Positions 8,976 to 18,358 of a stretch of 63,684 bases of DNA are shown here, in pieces. The notes under the pieces were generated by a model. The model did no database searches, was not told the DNA's origin, and saw only the letters and a list, made by a program, of their open reading frames with translations. The DNA is from Angustibacter luteus (lineage in GTDB: Bacteria > Actinomycetota > Actinomycetes > Actinomycetales > Angustibacteraceae). The first letter of the stretch is position 1; every line of letters starts with the position of its first letter. A program made the translations under genes and the position numbers. Location: contig NZ_BAABFP010000008.1 in the NCBI RefSeq assembly GCF_039541115.1, positions 558,001 to 621,684 of the forward strand. Reading direction: 5' to 3'.

Positions 8976-9181
8976 GTCACTCCGATCATCGGCACGAGGG
9001 TAGCGAGATCAGGGAAGTGGGGCGTGGCGCCGACCTCAAGTGCCCCAGTTCTCTGCATTCGACGGACGCACTCATCTCGGTGTGAGAGTGCGCTCCGGGA
9101 TCGTCTGGCGAGACGACACGTCGCCGGGACTGGAGCGGCGCCTAGGCTTGGTCACGAACCCCGAGGCCACGAAGGACGACG

Positions 9182-10387
9182 ATGCTGCACGCCAGGCGCA
9201 ACCCCAGCGCCCACCCGTCGATGGCCGCACTCGTCCTGGTCACCGGAATCGGCCCCCTCGCGGTGGACACCTACGTGGCCGGACTCCCCGAGCTGCAGCG
9301 CTCGCTGAGCACCTCGGCCACGATCGCCCAGCTCAGCCTGACGGCGTTCATCATCGGCATCGGCATCGGCCAGATCGTGCTCGGACCCTTCAGCGACGGG
9401 CACGGTCGCCGTCCGCTGCTGATCCTCGGCACCGTGGTCTTCACCGTCGCCTCCATCGCCTGTGCGCTGGCACCGACCGGCCCGACGCTGGTGGCGTTCC
9501 GGCTGGTGCAGGGCATCGTGGCGGGTTGCGGGGTGGCGGTCGGGCGAGCAGTGATCAGCGACCACTACGAGGGGGACGCCGCCGCCGCCCGATACGGCAC
9601 CCTGTCCGCGATCGTGTTCCTGGGGCCGGTGGTCGCACCAGCCATCGGCGGTGTGATCCTCGCCGTCGGCAGCTGGCGCACCATCTTCGCGTTCCTCACG
9701 CTGCTCGGGCTGGCCATGGTGGCCGCAGTGGTGCTGGCGATCCCTGAGTCACTGCCTCCTGAGCGCCGGCAGGGCCACGGCATCCAGCACAGCCTGGCGC
9801 GTATGGCCGACCTCGCTCGGGACTGGCACTTCATGCGGCACGTCGTGGTGCAGGCCCTGGCGACCGGTGGCTTCTTCGTCTACATCGGTGGCTCGTCGTT
9901 CGTGCTCGAGACGACGTACGGGATCACCCAGAGCCAGTACGCGTTGCTGTTCGCGACGAACGCGGCAGCCATGGCACTGTCCAGCCTGGCGTTCCGGCTG
10001 CTGGTCGTCCGGCTGGGGGCGGCGCGCCTGCGCACCGTCGGCGTGCTGACCGCGTGCGTCGCCAGCGCCGCCCTGGTGGTCGTCGCTCTCGGCGACCCGG
10101 GGCCGGACTCACCCCTCGCCGTCCCCTGGGTGCTGCTCAGCGTGGTGGTGGCGAGCATGGGCTGGTCGATCCCCGGCACGACGGCGTTGGCGCAGCAGGC
10201 CGGTCGGCGGTCGGGCGGCACGGCGGCCGCACTGCAGGGCGGGCTGACGTTCCTGGTCGGGGCACTGGTGACGCCCCTGACCGGCATCCTCGGCTACGAC
10301 TCGCTGCTGCCGATGGCACTGCTGATGCTCACGTTCTTCGTGCTCTCGACGTGCTGGCTGTTCGGTAGCCGCAGCACGCACGTCTAG
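9182..10387 (+). CDS. Bcr/CflA-family MFS drug efflux transporter
   Basis: DTYVAGLP and GPFSDGHGRRP motifs; ~12 TM segments. Confidence 0.92.
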   Translation: MLHARRNPSAHPSMAALVLVTGIGPLAVDTYVAGLPELQRSLSTSATIAQLSLTAFIIGIGIGQIVLGPFSDGHGRRPLLILGTVVFTVASIACALAPTGPTLVAFRLVQGIVAGCGVAVGRAVISDHYEGDAAAARYGTLSAIVFLGPVVAPAIGGVILAVGSWRTIFAFLTLLGLAMVAAVVLAIPESLPPERRQGHGIQHSLARMADLARDWHFMRHVVVQALATGGFFVYIGGSSFVLETTYGITQSQYALLFATNAAAMALSSLAFRLLVVRLGAARLRTVGVLTACVASAALVVVALGDPGPDSPLAVPWVLLSVVVASMGWSIPGTTALAQQAGRRSGGTAAALQGGLTFLVGALVTPLTGILGYDSLLPMALLMLTFFVLSTCWLFGSRSTHV

Positions 10388-11370
10388 CCGGCGAGGTCTC
10401 GGGCCAGCGCGGCCCCCGCGGACTCGAGCGCACCGAGATCGCCTGCCTCGATCACTGCGCGCAGCCCAAGTCGCGCCACGCCCGCGTCATCGAGCGCCCG
10501 TCGGCCGACGACCGCGACCACCGGCACCCTGCGCCGCGCGGACCGGGCCGCCACGACGGCGACGAGCTTGCCCTGCCCGGTCTGCGCATCCAGGCATCCC
10601 TCACCGGTGACCACGAGGTCCGTGCGGGCCAGCAGCTCGTCGAAGCGCACCGCGTCGAGCACCGCGTCCGCGCCGGACACCAGGTCCGCACCGTAGACCG
10701 CCCACAGCGCACCGGACAGGCCACCCGCCGCACCGGTCCGCGGCCGGCCACGGGGGTCGCGCGGCAGCCGGCCGGCGACCTCGTGCAGCCGTGCCGTCAA
10801 CGCAGCCACCTGGTCCGCCGTCGCCCCCTTCTGCGGACCGAAGACCTCCGCGGCCTGCTCGAACGGTGTCCAGACGTCGCAGAGCACCCGCAGCACGGCG
10901 TCGCCGATCCCGCCCGCCCGGGCAAGCGCCTCGAGGGCCCCCGCTCCGCCGTCCGTCGTCGCGCTACCGCCTACGCCGACCAGCACCTCGCGCGCGCCCG
11001 CAGCCACCGCCGCGGCGATCAGCTGACCGGTGCCGAAGGTGCTGGCGCGCAACGGGTCCCGCCGCTCGGCGGGCACCAGGTGCAAGCCGCTCGCGCTGGC
11101 GGTGTCGAGCGCCGCCCGGCCGTCACCGGCCAGCAGGAGCTCACCCACGACCGGCTCGCCCGACGGCCCGGACACGGTGTGCCGCACCAGCTCGCCACCC
11201 CACGCGGCGTGCAGCACCGCTGTGGTCCCCTCGCCACCGTCGGCGAGCGGGCAGGTGACGGCGTCTGCGCCCGCTCCAGCCAGTCCGGCCGCCAGGGCGT
11301 CGGCGACGACCTGAGCGCTCATCGTCCCCTTGAACGAGTCCGGCGCAACCAGCACCCGCAATCCAGTCAC
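10384..11370 (-). CDS. glxK: Glycerate kinase
   Basis: VAPDSFKGT, PLADGGEGT, GGSATTDGG and TGEGCLDAQT motifs. Confidence 0.92.
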   Translation of the reverse strand: MTGLRVLVAPDSFKGTMSAQVVADALAAGLAGAGADAVTCPLADGGEGTTAVLHAAWGGELVRHTVSGPSGEPVVGELLLAGDGRAALDTASASGLHLVPAERRDPLRASTFGTGQLIAAAVAAGAREVLVGVGGSATTDGGAGALEALARAGGIGDAVLRVLCDVWTPFEQAAEVFGPQKGATADQVAALTARLHEVAGRLPRDPRGRPRTGAAGGLSGALWAVYGADLVSGADAVLDAVRFDELLARTDLVVTGEGCLDAQTGQGKLVAVVAARSARRRVPVVAVVGRRALDDAGVARLGLRAVIEAGDLGALESAGAALARDLAG

Positions 11371-11409
11371 CAGGCCACGCTAGACGCACCCGGTCCTAGG
11401 CTCGACCCC

Positions 11410-12420
11410 ATGACCAGCGACGCGACGACGTCCGTGCGGCTCACCCAGTACGGCCACGGTGGCGGCTGCGCCTGCAAGATCCCACCGGGCGAGCTCGAGC
11501 AGGTGGTCGCCGGGCTCCCGGGCCTGGACGCAGGGCACGGACTGCCGCTGCTGGTCGGCCTGGAGTCCGGGGACGACGCCGCCGCGGTCGAGCTGCGCGA
11601 CGGGCTGGCGGTGCTCTCCACGACGGACTTCTTCACGCCCGTGGTCGATGACGCCTACGACTGGGGACGGATCGCCGCGGCGAACGCGCTGTCCGACATC
11701 TACGCCATGGGCGGGCGTCCGGTGCTCGCGCTGAACCTGCTGGGGTGGCCACGGGACGTGCTGACGATGGGCCTCGCGGCCCAGGTGCTGCGCGGCGGCG
11801 CGGACGTCGCCCGGCTGGCCGGGTGCCACCTCGCCGGCGGCCACTCGATCGACTCCCCCGAGCCGACGTACGGTCTCGCGGTGACCGGGATCGCCCATCC
11901 GGACCAGCTCATGCGGAACTCCACCGGCCGCCCGGGGCAGCCGCTGAGCCTGTCCAAACCGCTCGGCGTCGGCGTCCTGAACAACCGGCACAAGCGGACG
12001 GGCGAGGTGTTCGAGCACGCCATCGCCAGCATGACGGCACTCAACGACACCGCCTCCGGAGCGGCTGTCGCGCAGGGGATCCGGACGGCCACGGACGTGA
12101 CCGGCTTCGGGCTGCTCGGGCACCTGCACAAGCTGGCCAGGGCCAGCGGGGTCACCGCGGTGATCGACGCGGCGGCGGTCCCCTACCTCGACGGCGTGCG
12201 CGAGTCCGCAGCCCAGGGCTACCTGCCCGGTGGCTCGCAACGCAACCTCGACTGGGTGCGACCGCACCTGGACGCCGGCGGCGTGGACGACCTGGAGCTG
12301 CTGCTGCTGGCCGACGCCCAGACCTCAGGTGGGCTGCTGGTCGCCGGCGAGATCCCCGGCGCGCCGGTCGTCGGCGAGCTCGTCCCCGCGGAGCCCGGCG
12401 TCACCGTGCGTCTCCGCTGA
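11410..12420 (+). CDS. selD: Selenophosphate synthetase (Cys form)
   Basis: HGGGCACKI, TTDFFTPVVDD, AANALSDIYAMGG, DVTGFGLLGH and DAQTSGGLL motifs. Confidence 0.95.
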   Translation: MTSDATTSVRLTQYGHGGGCACKIPPGELEQVVAGLPGLDAGHGLPLLVGLESGDDAAAVELRDGLAVLSTTDFFTPVVDDAYDWGRIAAANALSDIYAMGGRPVLALNLLGWPRDVLTMGLAAQVLRGGADVARLAGCHLAGGHSIDSPEPTYGLAVTGIAHPDQLMRNSTGRPGQPLSLSKPLGVGVLNNRHKRTGEVFEHAIASMTALNDTASGAAVAQGIRTATDVTGFGLLGHLHKLARASGVTAVIDAAAVPYLDGVRESAAQGYLPGGSQRNLDWVRPHLDAGGVDDLELLLLADAQTSGGLLVAGEIPGAPVVGELVPAEPGVTVRLR

Positions 12421-14070
12421 CGTCAGGTCGAGCAGCACATCGGCGTGGGCCAGCAGCCGTGGGTCATGGGTCGCGACCACGACGGCCGCGGAGTGGGCCC
12501 CGGCATGCTCACGCAGGGCGTTGGTCAACCGTTGCGCCGCTTCGGGATCGAGGTGCTCGGTCGGCTCATCGAGCAGCAGGACCTCGCTGCCGACCAGCAG
12601 CGCGCGGGCGACCAGCAGCCGGCGCTGCTCCCCGCCGGACAGCGACCCGGCGTCCACCACGGTCGCCAAACCCTCCGGCAACCCGGCCAGCCACGCGTCG
12701 AGCCCGACCTGCTCGAGCGCGGTGGCGAGGTCGTCGTCCGAGGCGTCACCACGAGCCACCAGCAGGTTGTCCCGCACCGTCGTGGCGAACACGTGGGCGT
12801 CGTCCGCGTGGAACGTGACCCTACGGCGCAACCGGTGCGGGTCGATCGCGGCGAGGTCGGCGCCGCCGTACGTGACGGTGCCACGGACCGGTCCGAGCAG
12901 CCCGGCCAGAGTCAGCAGCAACGTCGTCTTGCCGCCGCCACTCGGTCCGGCGACCACCACGAGTTGACCGGGCAGTGCCGCGAGGTCGATGTCGTCCCAC
13001 ACCGTCGGGCCACCGGGCCAGCCCACCGCCAGACCGGACGCCACCAGCTCCGCCGGCTCGGGACCGGGGCCGTCGTCGCCGAACTCCGTGTCGACGCCAG
13101 CCGTGTCGTCAGGCGCTGGATCCGCCTGCAGCAGTGGCGCGAGCCGCCCTGATGCCAATGACCCGCGGACCAGCACGGTCGCTGCGGCCGGCAGCGGCGA
13201 GACGACGTCCGCGAGTGCGAGCGGGACCAGCGTCACGACGGCCAGCCACACCCGCCCGAGGTCGCCGTCCCGCACGGCTTCGGCGCCGACCACCAGCCCG
13301 GTGATGACGGCCGCACCGCACGACAGCGAACTCAGCGCCGCCGACCAGGCGGCCGGACGGGACGCCCGGTCCAGGGCCTGGGCGCGTTGCTGCTCGGCCT
13401 GCGCCGCCGCGGCGAGCCGGCCGCTCAGCAGCCCACTGACGGCCAGCTCGTCGCCGTGGTCGAGCAGGTCGTGCGCCTGGCCCGTGAGCTCGCCGGCCCA
13501 CTCGTCGGCGACCTGGTGCGCCCGCGCCGAAGCCAGTCCGGCCAGGGCCGGCGCGACGACGAGCGCCAGCAGCAGGCACCCGGCCAGCAGCAGTCCCGCG
13601 ACCGGCACGAGCGCCAGCACCACCAGGACGGCCGCCAGGACGACGACCCCGGCCACCGCGAACGGCTGCACCCCGCGCACCAGCACGTCGCCGACCAGCT
13701 CGACGTCGGCCCCGAGACGGGTCACCAGGTCACCCCGGCGCAGCCCGGCGATCGTGGCCCGGTCGGCGACGGACAGCCGCCGGTAGAGCTGCTCGCGCAG
13801 GTTCGCGGCAGCCGCCAGCGCGACGTCGTGCGAGACCAGCCGCTCGAGGTACCGGAACACGCCTCGAGAGATGCCGAGCGCTCGCACCCCGACGATGGCG
13901 ACCGACAGCGCGACCAGGGGCGGGTGCTCAGCCGCCCGGGAGATCAGCCACCCGGACACCCCGATGAGCGCGACCCCGCTGCCGAGGGCGAGCGCGCCCA
14001 GCAGCACCGCGACCAGCAGTCGGCGGCGTGACGGCGCCATGACCGCGAGGGTGTCGACCAGAGTGCTCAC
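12325..14070 (-). CDS. cydC: Thiol reductant ABC exporter CydC
   Basis: SGWLISRAA, RYLERLVSHD, Walker A GPSGGGKT and LSGGEQRR motifs; GTG overlaps the cydD stop. Confidence 0.9.
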   Translation of the reverse strand: MSTLVDTLAVMAPSRRRLLVAVLLGALALGSGVALIGVSGWLISRAAEHPPLVALSVAIVGVRALGISRGVFRYLERLVSHDVALAAAANLREQLYRRLSVADRATIAGLRRGDLVTRLGADVELVGDVLVRGVQPFAVAGVVVLAAVLVVLALVPVAGLLLAGCLLLALVVAPALAGLASARAHQVADEWAGELTGQAHDLLDHGDELAVSGLLSGRLAAAAQAEQQRAQALDRASRPAAWSAALSSLSCGAAVITGLVVGAEAVRDGDLGRVWLAVVTLVPLALADVVSPLPAAATVLVRGSLASGRLAPLLQADPAPDDTAGVDTEFGDDGPGPEPAELVASGLAVGWPGGPTVWDDIDLAALPGQLVVVAGPSGGGKTTLLLTLAGLLGPVRGTVTYGGADLAAIDPHRLRRRVTFHADDAHVFATTVRDNLLVARGDASDDDLATALEQVGLDAWLAGLPEGLATVVDAGSLSGGEQRRLLVARALLVGSEVLLLDEPTEHLDPEAAQRLTNALREHAGAHSAAVVVATHDPRLLAHADVLLDLTSAETHGDAGLRGDELADDRRAGDLAGDQQPT

Positions 14071-15758
14071 CGGGCACCCTCCGGGGCAGCGAAGGTCAGT
14101 GACGACACGACGACGTCGGCGTGCGCCGCGAGCGACTCCCGGTGAGACACGACGAGGACCGTGCGTCCCTGCCGCCGCAACAGGTCCAGGGCGGCGATGA
14201 CGACGTCCTGCGTGACTCCGTCCAGGTGCGCGGTCGGCTCGTCCAGCACCACCAGCTGGGCGTCGGCGAGCAGCACCCGGACGAGGGCGAGCCGCTGCCG
14301 CTGACCGGCCGACAGCCCCAGCCCGTCCCGACCCACCCGCGCGTCCCAGCCGCCGGCGACGTCGGCCACGACCGGCTCGAACCCGGCCGCCACTGCCGCA
14401 GCGGCCAGCCTGTCCTCGTCGACGGCGTGCGCGTCCGAGCGGCGTTCGAACAGCAACGCGTTGTGCCGCAACGTCCCCGGGACGAGCACCGGATCTTGGT
14501 CGAGCCAGCACAGCTGGTCCCACCAGGTCCGGGCGACCAGCTGGGACAGCGGAGTGCGCAGGCCGTCGACGTCCACCACCTCGGCGACGCCGTCGTCGAT
14601 CGTCCTCAGCCGCAGCACGACCTGGGCGGCGGTGGTCTTGCCGCTCCCGCTCGGGCCGGTCATCGCGACGACGGTCCCGGGCCGCAGCGTCAGGGTCAGA
14701 CCGTCCGGCGCCGACTCATCCCGACCCTCGTGCCGGACGACGACGTCCCGCAGCTCGATGATGGCGGTCCGCAGGTCTGGCGCGTCGAGGGTTCCGTCGG
14801 CCGGCAGCGGCTGCCCGAGCGCGGCGAAGGCGGCGTCCGCGGCGGCGAGCCCGTCGGTGCTCGCGTGGAAGTGCGTGCCGACCTGGCGCAACGGCAGGTA
14901 GACCTCCGGCGCCAGCACCAGCACGACCAGCGCGGTGCGCAGGCCGAGGTTGCCGTGCAGCAGTCGCAGGCCGACCTCGACGGCCACGAGCGCGACCGAC
15001 AACGTGGTCAGCAGCTCGAGCACGAGCGAGGACAGGAACGCCGTGCGCAAGGTCGCGTTGGTGGCGTGCCGGTGCGCTTGACCGAGCCGGCGGACCCGCG
15101 CCGCCGGTCCACGCTCACGGCCGAGCGCGACCAGGGTCGGCAACCCGACGAGCAGGTCGAGCACTTGCGACCCCAGCCGCTGCATGGTCACCAGACGACG
15201 CGCGGACGCATCGCGGGTCATCAGACCCACCAGGGCCATGAACAGCGGCACGAGGGGCAGGGTGACGGCGATGACCAGCGCCGAGAGCGGGTCCTGCCAG
15301 AGCACCACGGCCAGCAGCGCCGGGGTCAGCACGGCGGCCGCGACGAGCTGGGGCAGGTATCGGGACAGGTACGGCTGCAACCGTTCCAGCCCGTCCGTGA
15401 CCAGCGCGACCAGCGCCGTCCGCCCGCTGGACGTGAGCCCACCGGCGCCGAGGGAGGCGCCGTGCCGCAGCACGTCCTGCCGCAGCTGGGCCACCACCTG
15501 CGTGGCGGCGCGCTCGCCGTAGCGCTCCTGCACCCAGGCCAGCACGGCCCGCAGCAGCACCACGACCGCGAGGGCGCCGACCTGGGCGCGCTTCGCGCCC
15601 ACGTCGGCGCCGTAGAACACCGCGGCGACGACGTCCGCGAGCAGCAGTGCCTGGGCGACGACGAGGGCTCCGGTCGTCACGCCCACGGCGGCGGTCAGCG
15701 CGACGTACCGGCGGGCCGGCGCGACCTGGCGCAGCAGGCGTGGATCGAGCGCTGGCAC
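14067..15758 (-). CDS. cydD: Thiol reductant ABC exporter CydD
   Basis: YLPQL, LRTAFLSS, PEVYLPLR.VG..FHAS, GPSGSGKT and LSAGQRQR motifs. Confidence 0.92.
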   Translation of the reverse strand: MPALDPRLLRQVAPARRYVALTAAVGVTTGALVVAQALLLADVVAAVFYGADVGAKRAQVGALAVVVLLRAVLAWVQERYGERAATQVVAQLRQDVLRHGASLGAGGLTSSGRTALVALVTDGLERLQPYLSRYLPQLVAAAVLTPALLAVVLWQDPLSALVIAVTLPLVPLFMALVGLMTRDASARRLVTMQRLGSQVLDLLVGLPTLVALGRERGPAARVRRLGQAHRHATNATLRTAFLSSLVLELLTTLSVALVAVEVGLRLLHGNLGLRTALVVLVLAPEVYLPLRQVGTHFHASTDGLAAADAAFAALGQPLPADGTLDAPDLRTAIIELRDVVVRHEGRDESAPDGLTLTLRPGTVVAMTGPSGSGKTTAAQVVLRLRTIDDGVAEVVDVDGLRTPLSQLVARTWWDQLCWLDQDPVLVPGTLRHNALLFERRSDAHAVDEDRLAAAAVAAGFEPVVADVAGGWDARVGRDGLGLSAGQRQRLALVRVLLADAQLVVLDEPTAHLDGVTQDVVIAALDLLRRQGRTVLVVSHRESLAAHADVVVSSLTFAAPEGAR

Positions 15759-15762
15759 GCCG

Positions 15763-16806
15763 TCAGCGCCGCGCGAGCGGCGCCAGCCCCGTGGTGCCCT
15801 CGACGTGCGTGCTGGTCAGCCGCTGACGGAAGACCCAGTACGTCCACCCCTGGTAGGCCAGGACGAACGGGGTCAGGACCACCGCGACCCAGGTCATCAC
15901 CTTGAGCGTGTACGGCGTGGAGGACGCGTTCTCGGTGGTGAGGCTGAACGCGGGATCGGTCGTGGACGGCATGACGTCGGGGAACAGCGACCCGAACAGC
16001 AGCACCACCGCAGCCACGATCACCACCGTGGTCAGCAGGAAGGCCAGGCCCTCACGCCGCTGCCGGGTCGCGGCCACGGTGCCGACCAGCCCGAGCGCGG
16101 CCACGACGACGGCGGCCCACGTCCAGGTCTTGCCGTGCGCCAGCTGGGTCCAGACGGCGAACGCCGCCGCCACCACGAGGGTCACCGGCGCGATCCCGGC
16201 CGCAGCCCGACCCGCGCGCTCGCGCATGGGGCCGTCGGTCTTCAGGGCGAGGAACACCGCGCCGTGCAACAGGAACAGGGTGACGGTGGTCAGCCCGGCC
16301 AGCAGCGCGTACGGGTTGAGCAGCGTCCACAGCGTGCCGGTGAAGTGGTGGTCGGCGTCGATGGGGACGCCGGCGACGATGTTCCCGAACGCGACTCCCC
16401 AGAGCAGGGCCGGCACCCACGAGCCGACGGTGATCGCGAGATCCCACCGGGCGCGCCAACGGGGGTCGTCGATCTTGCCGCGGTACTCGAACGCGACCCC
16501 ACGCACGATGAGGGCGAGCAGGATCAGCAGCAGGGCCAGGTAGAAGCCGGAGAACAGCGTCGCGTACCACTCGGGGAACGCGGCGAACGTGGCGCCGCCG
16601 GCGACCAGCAGCCACACCTCGTTGCCGTCCCACACGGGGCCGATGGTGTTGATCATCAGTCGCCGGTCGGTCTGCGTGACCGCCTTGTCGGCGTCCCGGC
16701 TCAACGGCAGCAGCAGCATCCCGACCCCGAAGTCGAAGCCCTCGAGCACCAAGTAGCCCGTCCACAGGAGGGCGATCAGCACGAACCAGACGGTCGTCAG
16801 CTCCAT
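15763..16806 (-). CDS. cydB: Cytochrome bd oxidase subunit II
   Basis: LEGFDFGVG and IGPVWDGNEVWL motifs. Confidence 0.96.
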   Translation of the reverse strand: MELTTVWFVLIALLWTGYLVLEGFDFGVGMLLLPLSRDADKAVTQTDRRLMINTIGPVWDGNEVWLLVAGGATFAAFPEWYATLFSGFYLALLLILLALIVRGVAFEYRGKIDDPRWRARWDLAITVGSWVPALLWGVAFGNIVAGVPIDADHHFTGTLWTLLNPYALLAGLTTVTLFLLHGAVFLALKTDGPMRERAGRAAAGIAPVTLVVAAAFAVWTQLAHGKTWTWAAVVVAALGLVGTVAATRQRREGLAFLLTTVVIVAAVVLLFGSLFPDVMPSTTDPAFSLTTENASSTPYTLKVMTWVAVVLTPFVLAYQGWTYWVFRQRLTSTHVEGTTGLAPLARR

Positions 16807-16816
16807 GGCGCTCTCC

Positions 16817-18253
16817 TCAGTAGGCGAAGGACAGGGGGCGGTCGTCGTCCGGCGTCCGCAGCTGCGGCGGGTTCGCCGCCGGCAGCCCCTCGCGGACGTA
16901 GCGACGCATCAGGCCGAACCACACCACGGCCAGGGCCCCGTACAGCAGCGTGAAGCTGACCAGCGAGATCCACACGGTGGCGGCCGAGACCGGCGAGACC
17001 CCGTCGTGGGTGAGCATCCGGACCCCGTCGATGCCGGTCGGGTTCGGCGCCACCACCCACGGCTGTCGGCCCATCTCGGTGAAGATCCAGCCGAAGGAGT
17101 TCGCCAGGAAGGGGGCCGGGATGCACCACAGGGCCGCCAGCGCCCACCGGCGACTGGTCGGCACCCGCCCCTTTCTGGTCACCCACAACGCCCAGAGCCC
17201 CAGCACGGCACTGAGCGCCCCGAAGCCGATCATCAGCCGGAACGACCAGTAGGTGACCGGGATCAGCGGCTTGTAGTTGCCCGGTCCGAACTTCTGCTCG
17301 TACTCGGCCTGGAGGTCGTTGACACCCTTGATGGTCGCGTCGAAGTCGCCCGTCGCCAGCCACGACGTGAGCCCCGGGATGGTCAGCTGCCTGACGTCGC
17401 AACGGTTCTCGACGTCCCCGATCGCGAAGACGCTGAAGCCCGCCCCGGTCTCGGTGTCGCACAGCGCCTCCGCGGCCGCCATCTTCATCGGCTGCTGCTG
17501 GAACATGAGCTTGGCCTGCGTGTCACCGGAGACCGCGACCACGAGGCCTCCGACGAACAGCGCCACGAGGCCCAGCCGGATCGCCGGGCGGAACGTGTCC
17601 ACCGCACTGACGTCGCCGCTGTGGTGTGCTCGCGCGGCCCACCAGGCGGAGATCGCCGCGACGAACGTGCCGCCGACCACGACCGCCCCGCCCACGGTGT
17701 GCGGGAACGTCGCCAGGGCGGTCACGTTGGTGAGCAGGTCCCAGATGCTGATGAGCTCGGCGCGGCCGCGCTCGGCGTTGAACCGCACCCCGGCCGGGTG
17801 CTGCATGAAGGAGTTGGCGGCGAGGATGAAGTAGGCGGACAGCCAGGTGCCGATCGCGGCGAGCCAGATGGTCGCCAGGTGCACGCCGCGGGGCAGCCGG
17901 TCCCAGCCGAAGATCCACAGGCCCAAGAAGGTCGACTCGATGAAGAACGCGGCCAGACCCTCGATCGCCAGGGGTGCACCGAAGACGTCCCCGACGAACC
18001 GCGAGTACTCGCTCCAGTTCATCCCGAACTGGAACTCCTGGACGATGCCGGTGACCACGCCCATCGAGAAGTTGATCAGGAAGAGCTTGCCGAAGAACCG
18101 GGTCAGCCGCAGCCAACGCTCGTCGCCCGTGCGCCACCACACCGTCTGCATGATCGCGACGAGCGGCGCCAGACCGATCGTCAGCGGCACGAAGAAGAAG
18201 TGGTACACGGTGGTGACGCCGAACTGAAGCCGGGCCACGTCCAGCGCATCCAT
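16817..18253 (-). CDS. cydA: Cytochrome bd oxidase subunit I
   Basis: ARLQFG..HFFFVPLTIG, QEFQFGMNWS and EMGRQPW motifs. Confidence 0.96.
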   Translation of the reverse strand: MDALDVARLQFGVTTVYHFFFVPLTIGLAPLVAIMQTVWWRTGDERWLRLTRFFGKLFLINFSMGVVTGIVQEFQFGMNWSEYSRFVGDVFGAPLAIEGLAAFFIESTFLGLWIFGWDRLPRGVHLATIWLAAIGTWLSAYFILAANSFMQHPAGVRFNAERGRAELISIWDLLTNVTALATFPHTVGGAVVVGGTFVAAISAWWAARAHHSGDVSAVDTFRPAIRLGLVALFVGGLVVAVSGDTQAKLMFQQQPMKMAAAEALCDTETGAGFSVFAIGDVENRCDVRQLTIPGLTSWLATGDFDATIKGVNDLQAEYEQKFGPGNYKPLIPVTYWSFRLMIGFGALSAVLGLWALWVTRKGRVPTSRRWALAALWCIPAPFLANSFGWIFTEMGRQPWVVAPNPTGIDGVRMLTHDGVSPVSAATVWISLVSFTLLYGALAVVWFGLMRRYVREGLPAANPPQLRTPDDDRPLSFAY

Positions 18254-18358
18254 GAGCGCCTCCCTCACCCCGAGGAGTCGGGCCTTGCGCGCCCGCCTGG
18301 AAGCGATCCTAGGGCGTCAGGTCGGCTGTGCGGCGTGGGACCTAGGTCCCGCGAGCCG

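Larger units (their letters stand above)
94..8997 (+). repeat. Dispersed intergenic repeat family (13 copies) delimiting a putative gene-cassette array
   Basis: Copies at ~94-168, 597-644, ~1005-1024 (degenerate), 1348-1427, 1852-1933, 2349-2429, ~2661-2712, 2924-2995, 3253-3327, 4215-4276, 4893-4952, 7016-7039 and 8979-8997 (left half only). Shared motifs are TCCGNNCATCGGCAC and CGCCCTCAACGCGGCAGATCCGG. Confidence 0.9.

Noticed and set aside
11410..11480. Selenocysteine recoding in selD
   Set aside because: The active-site codons are TGC (CACK) and there is no in-frame TGA.
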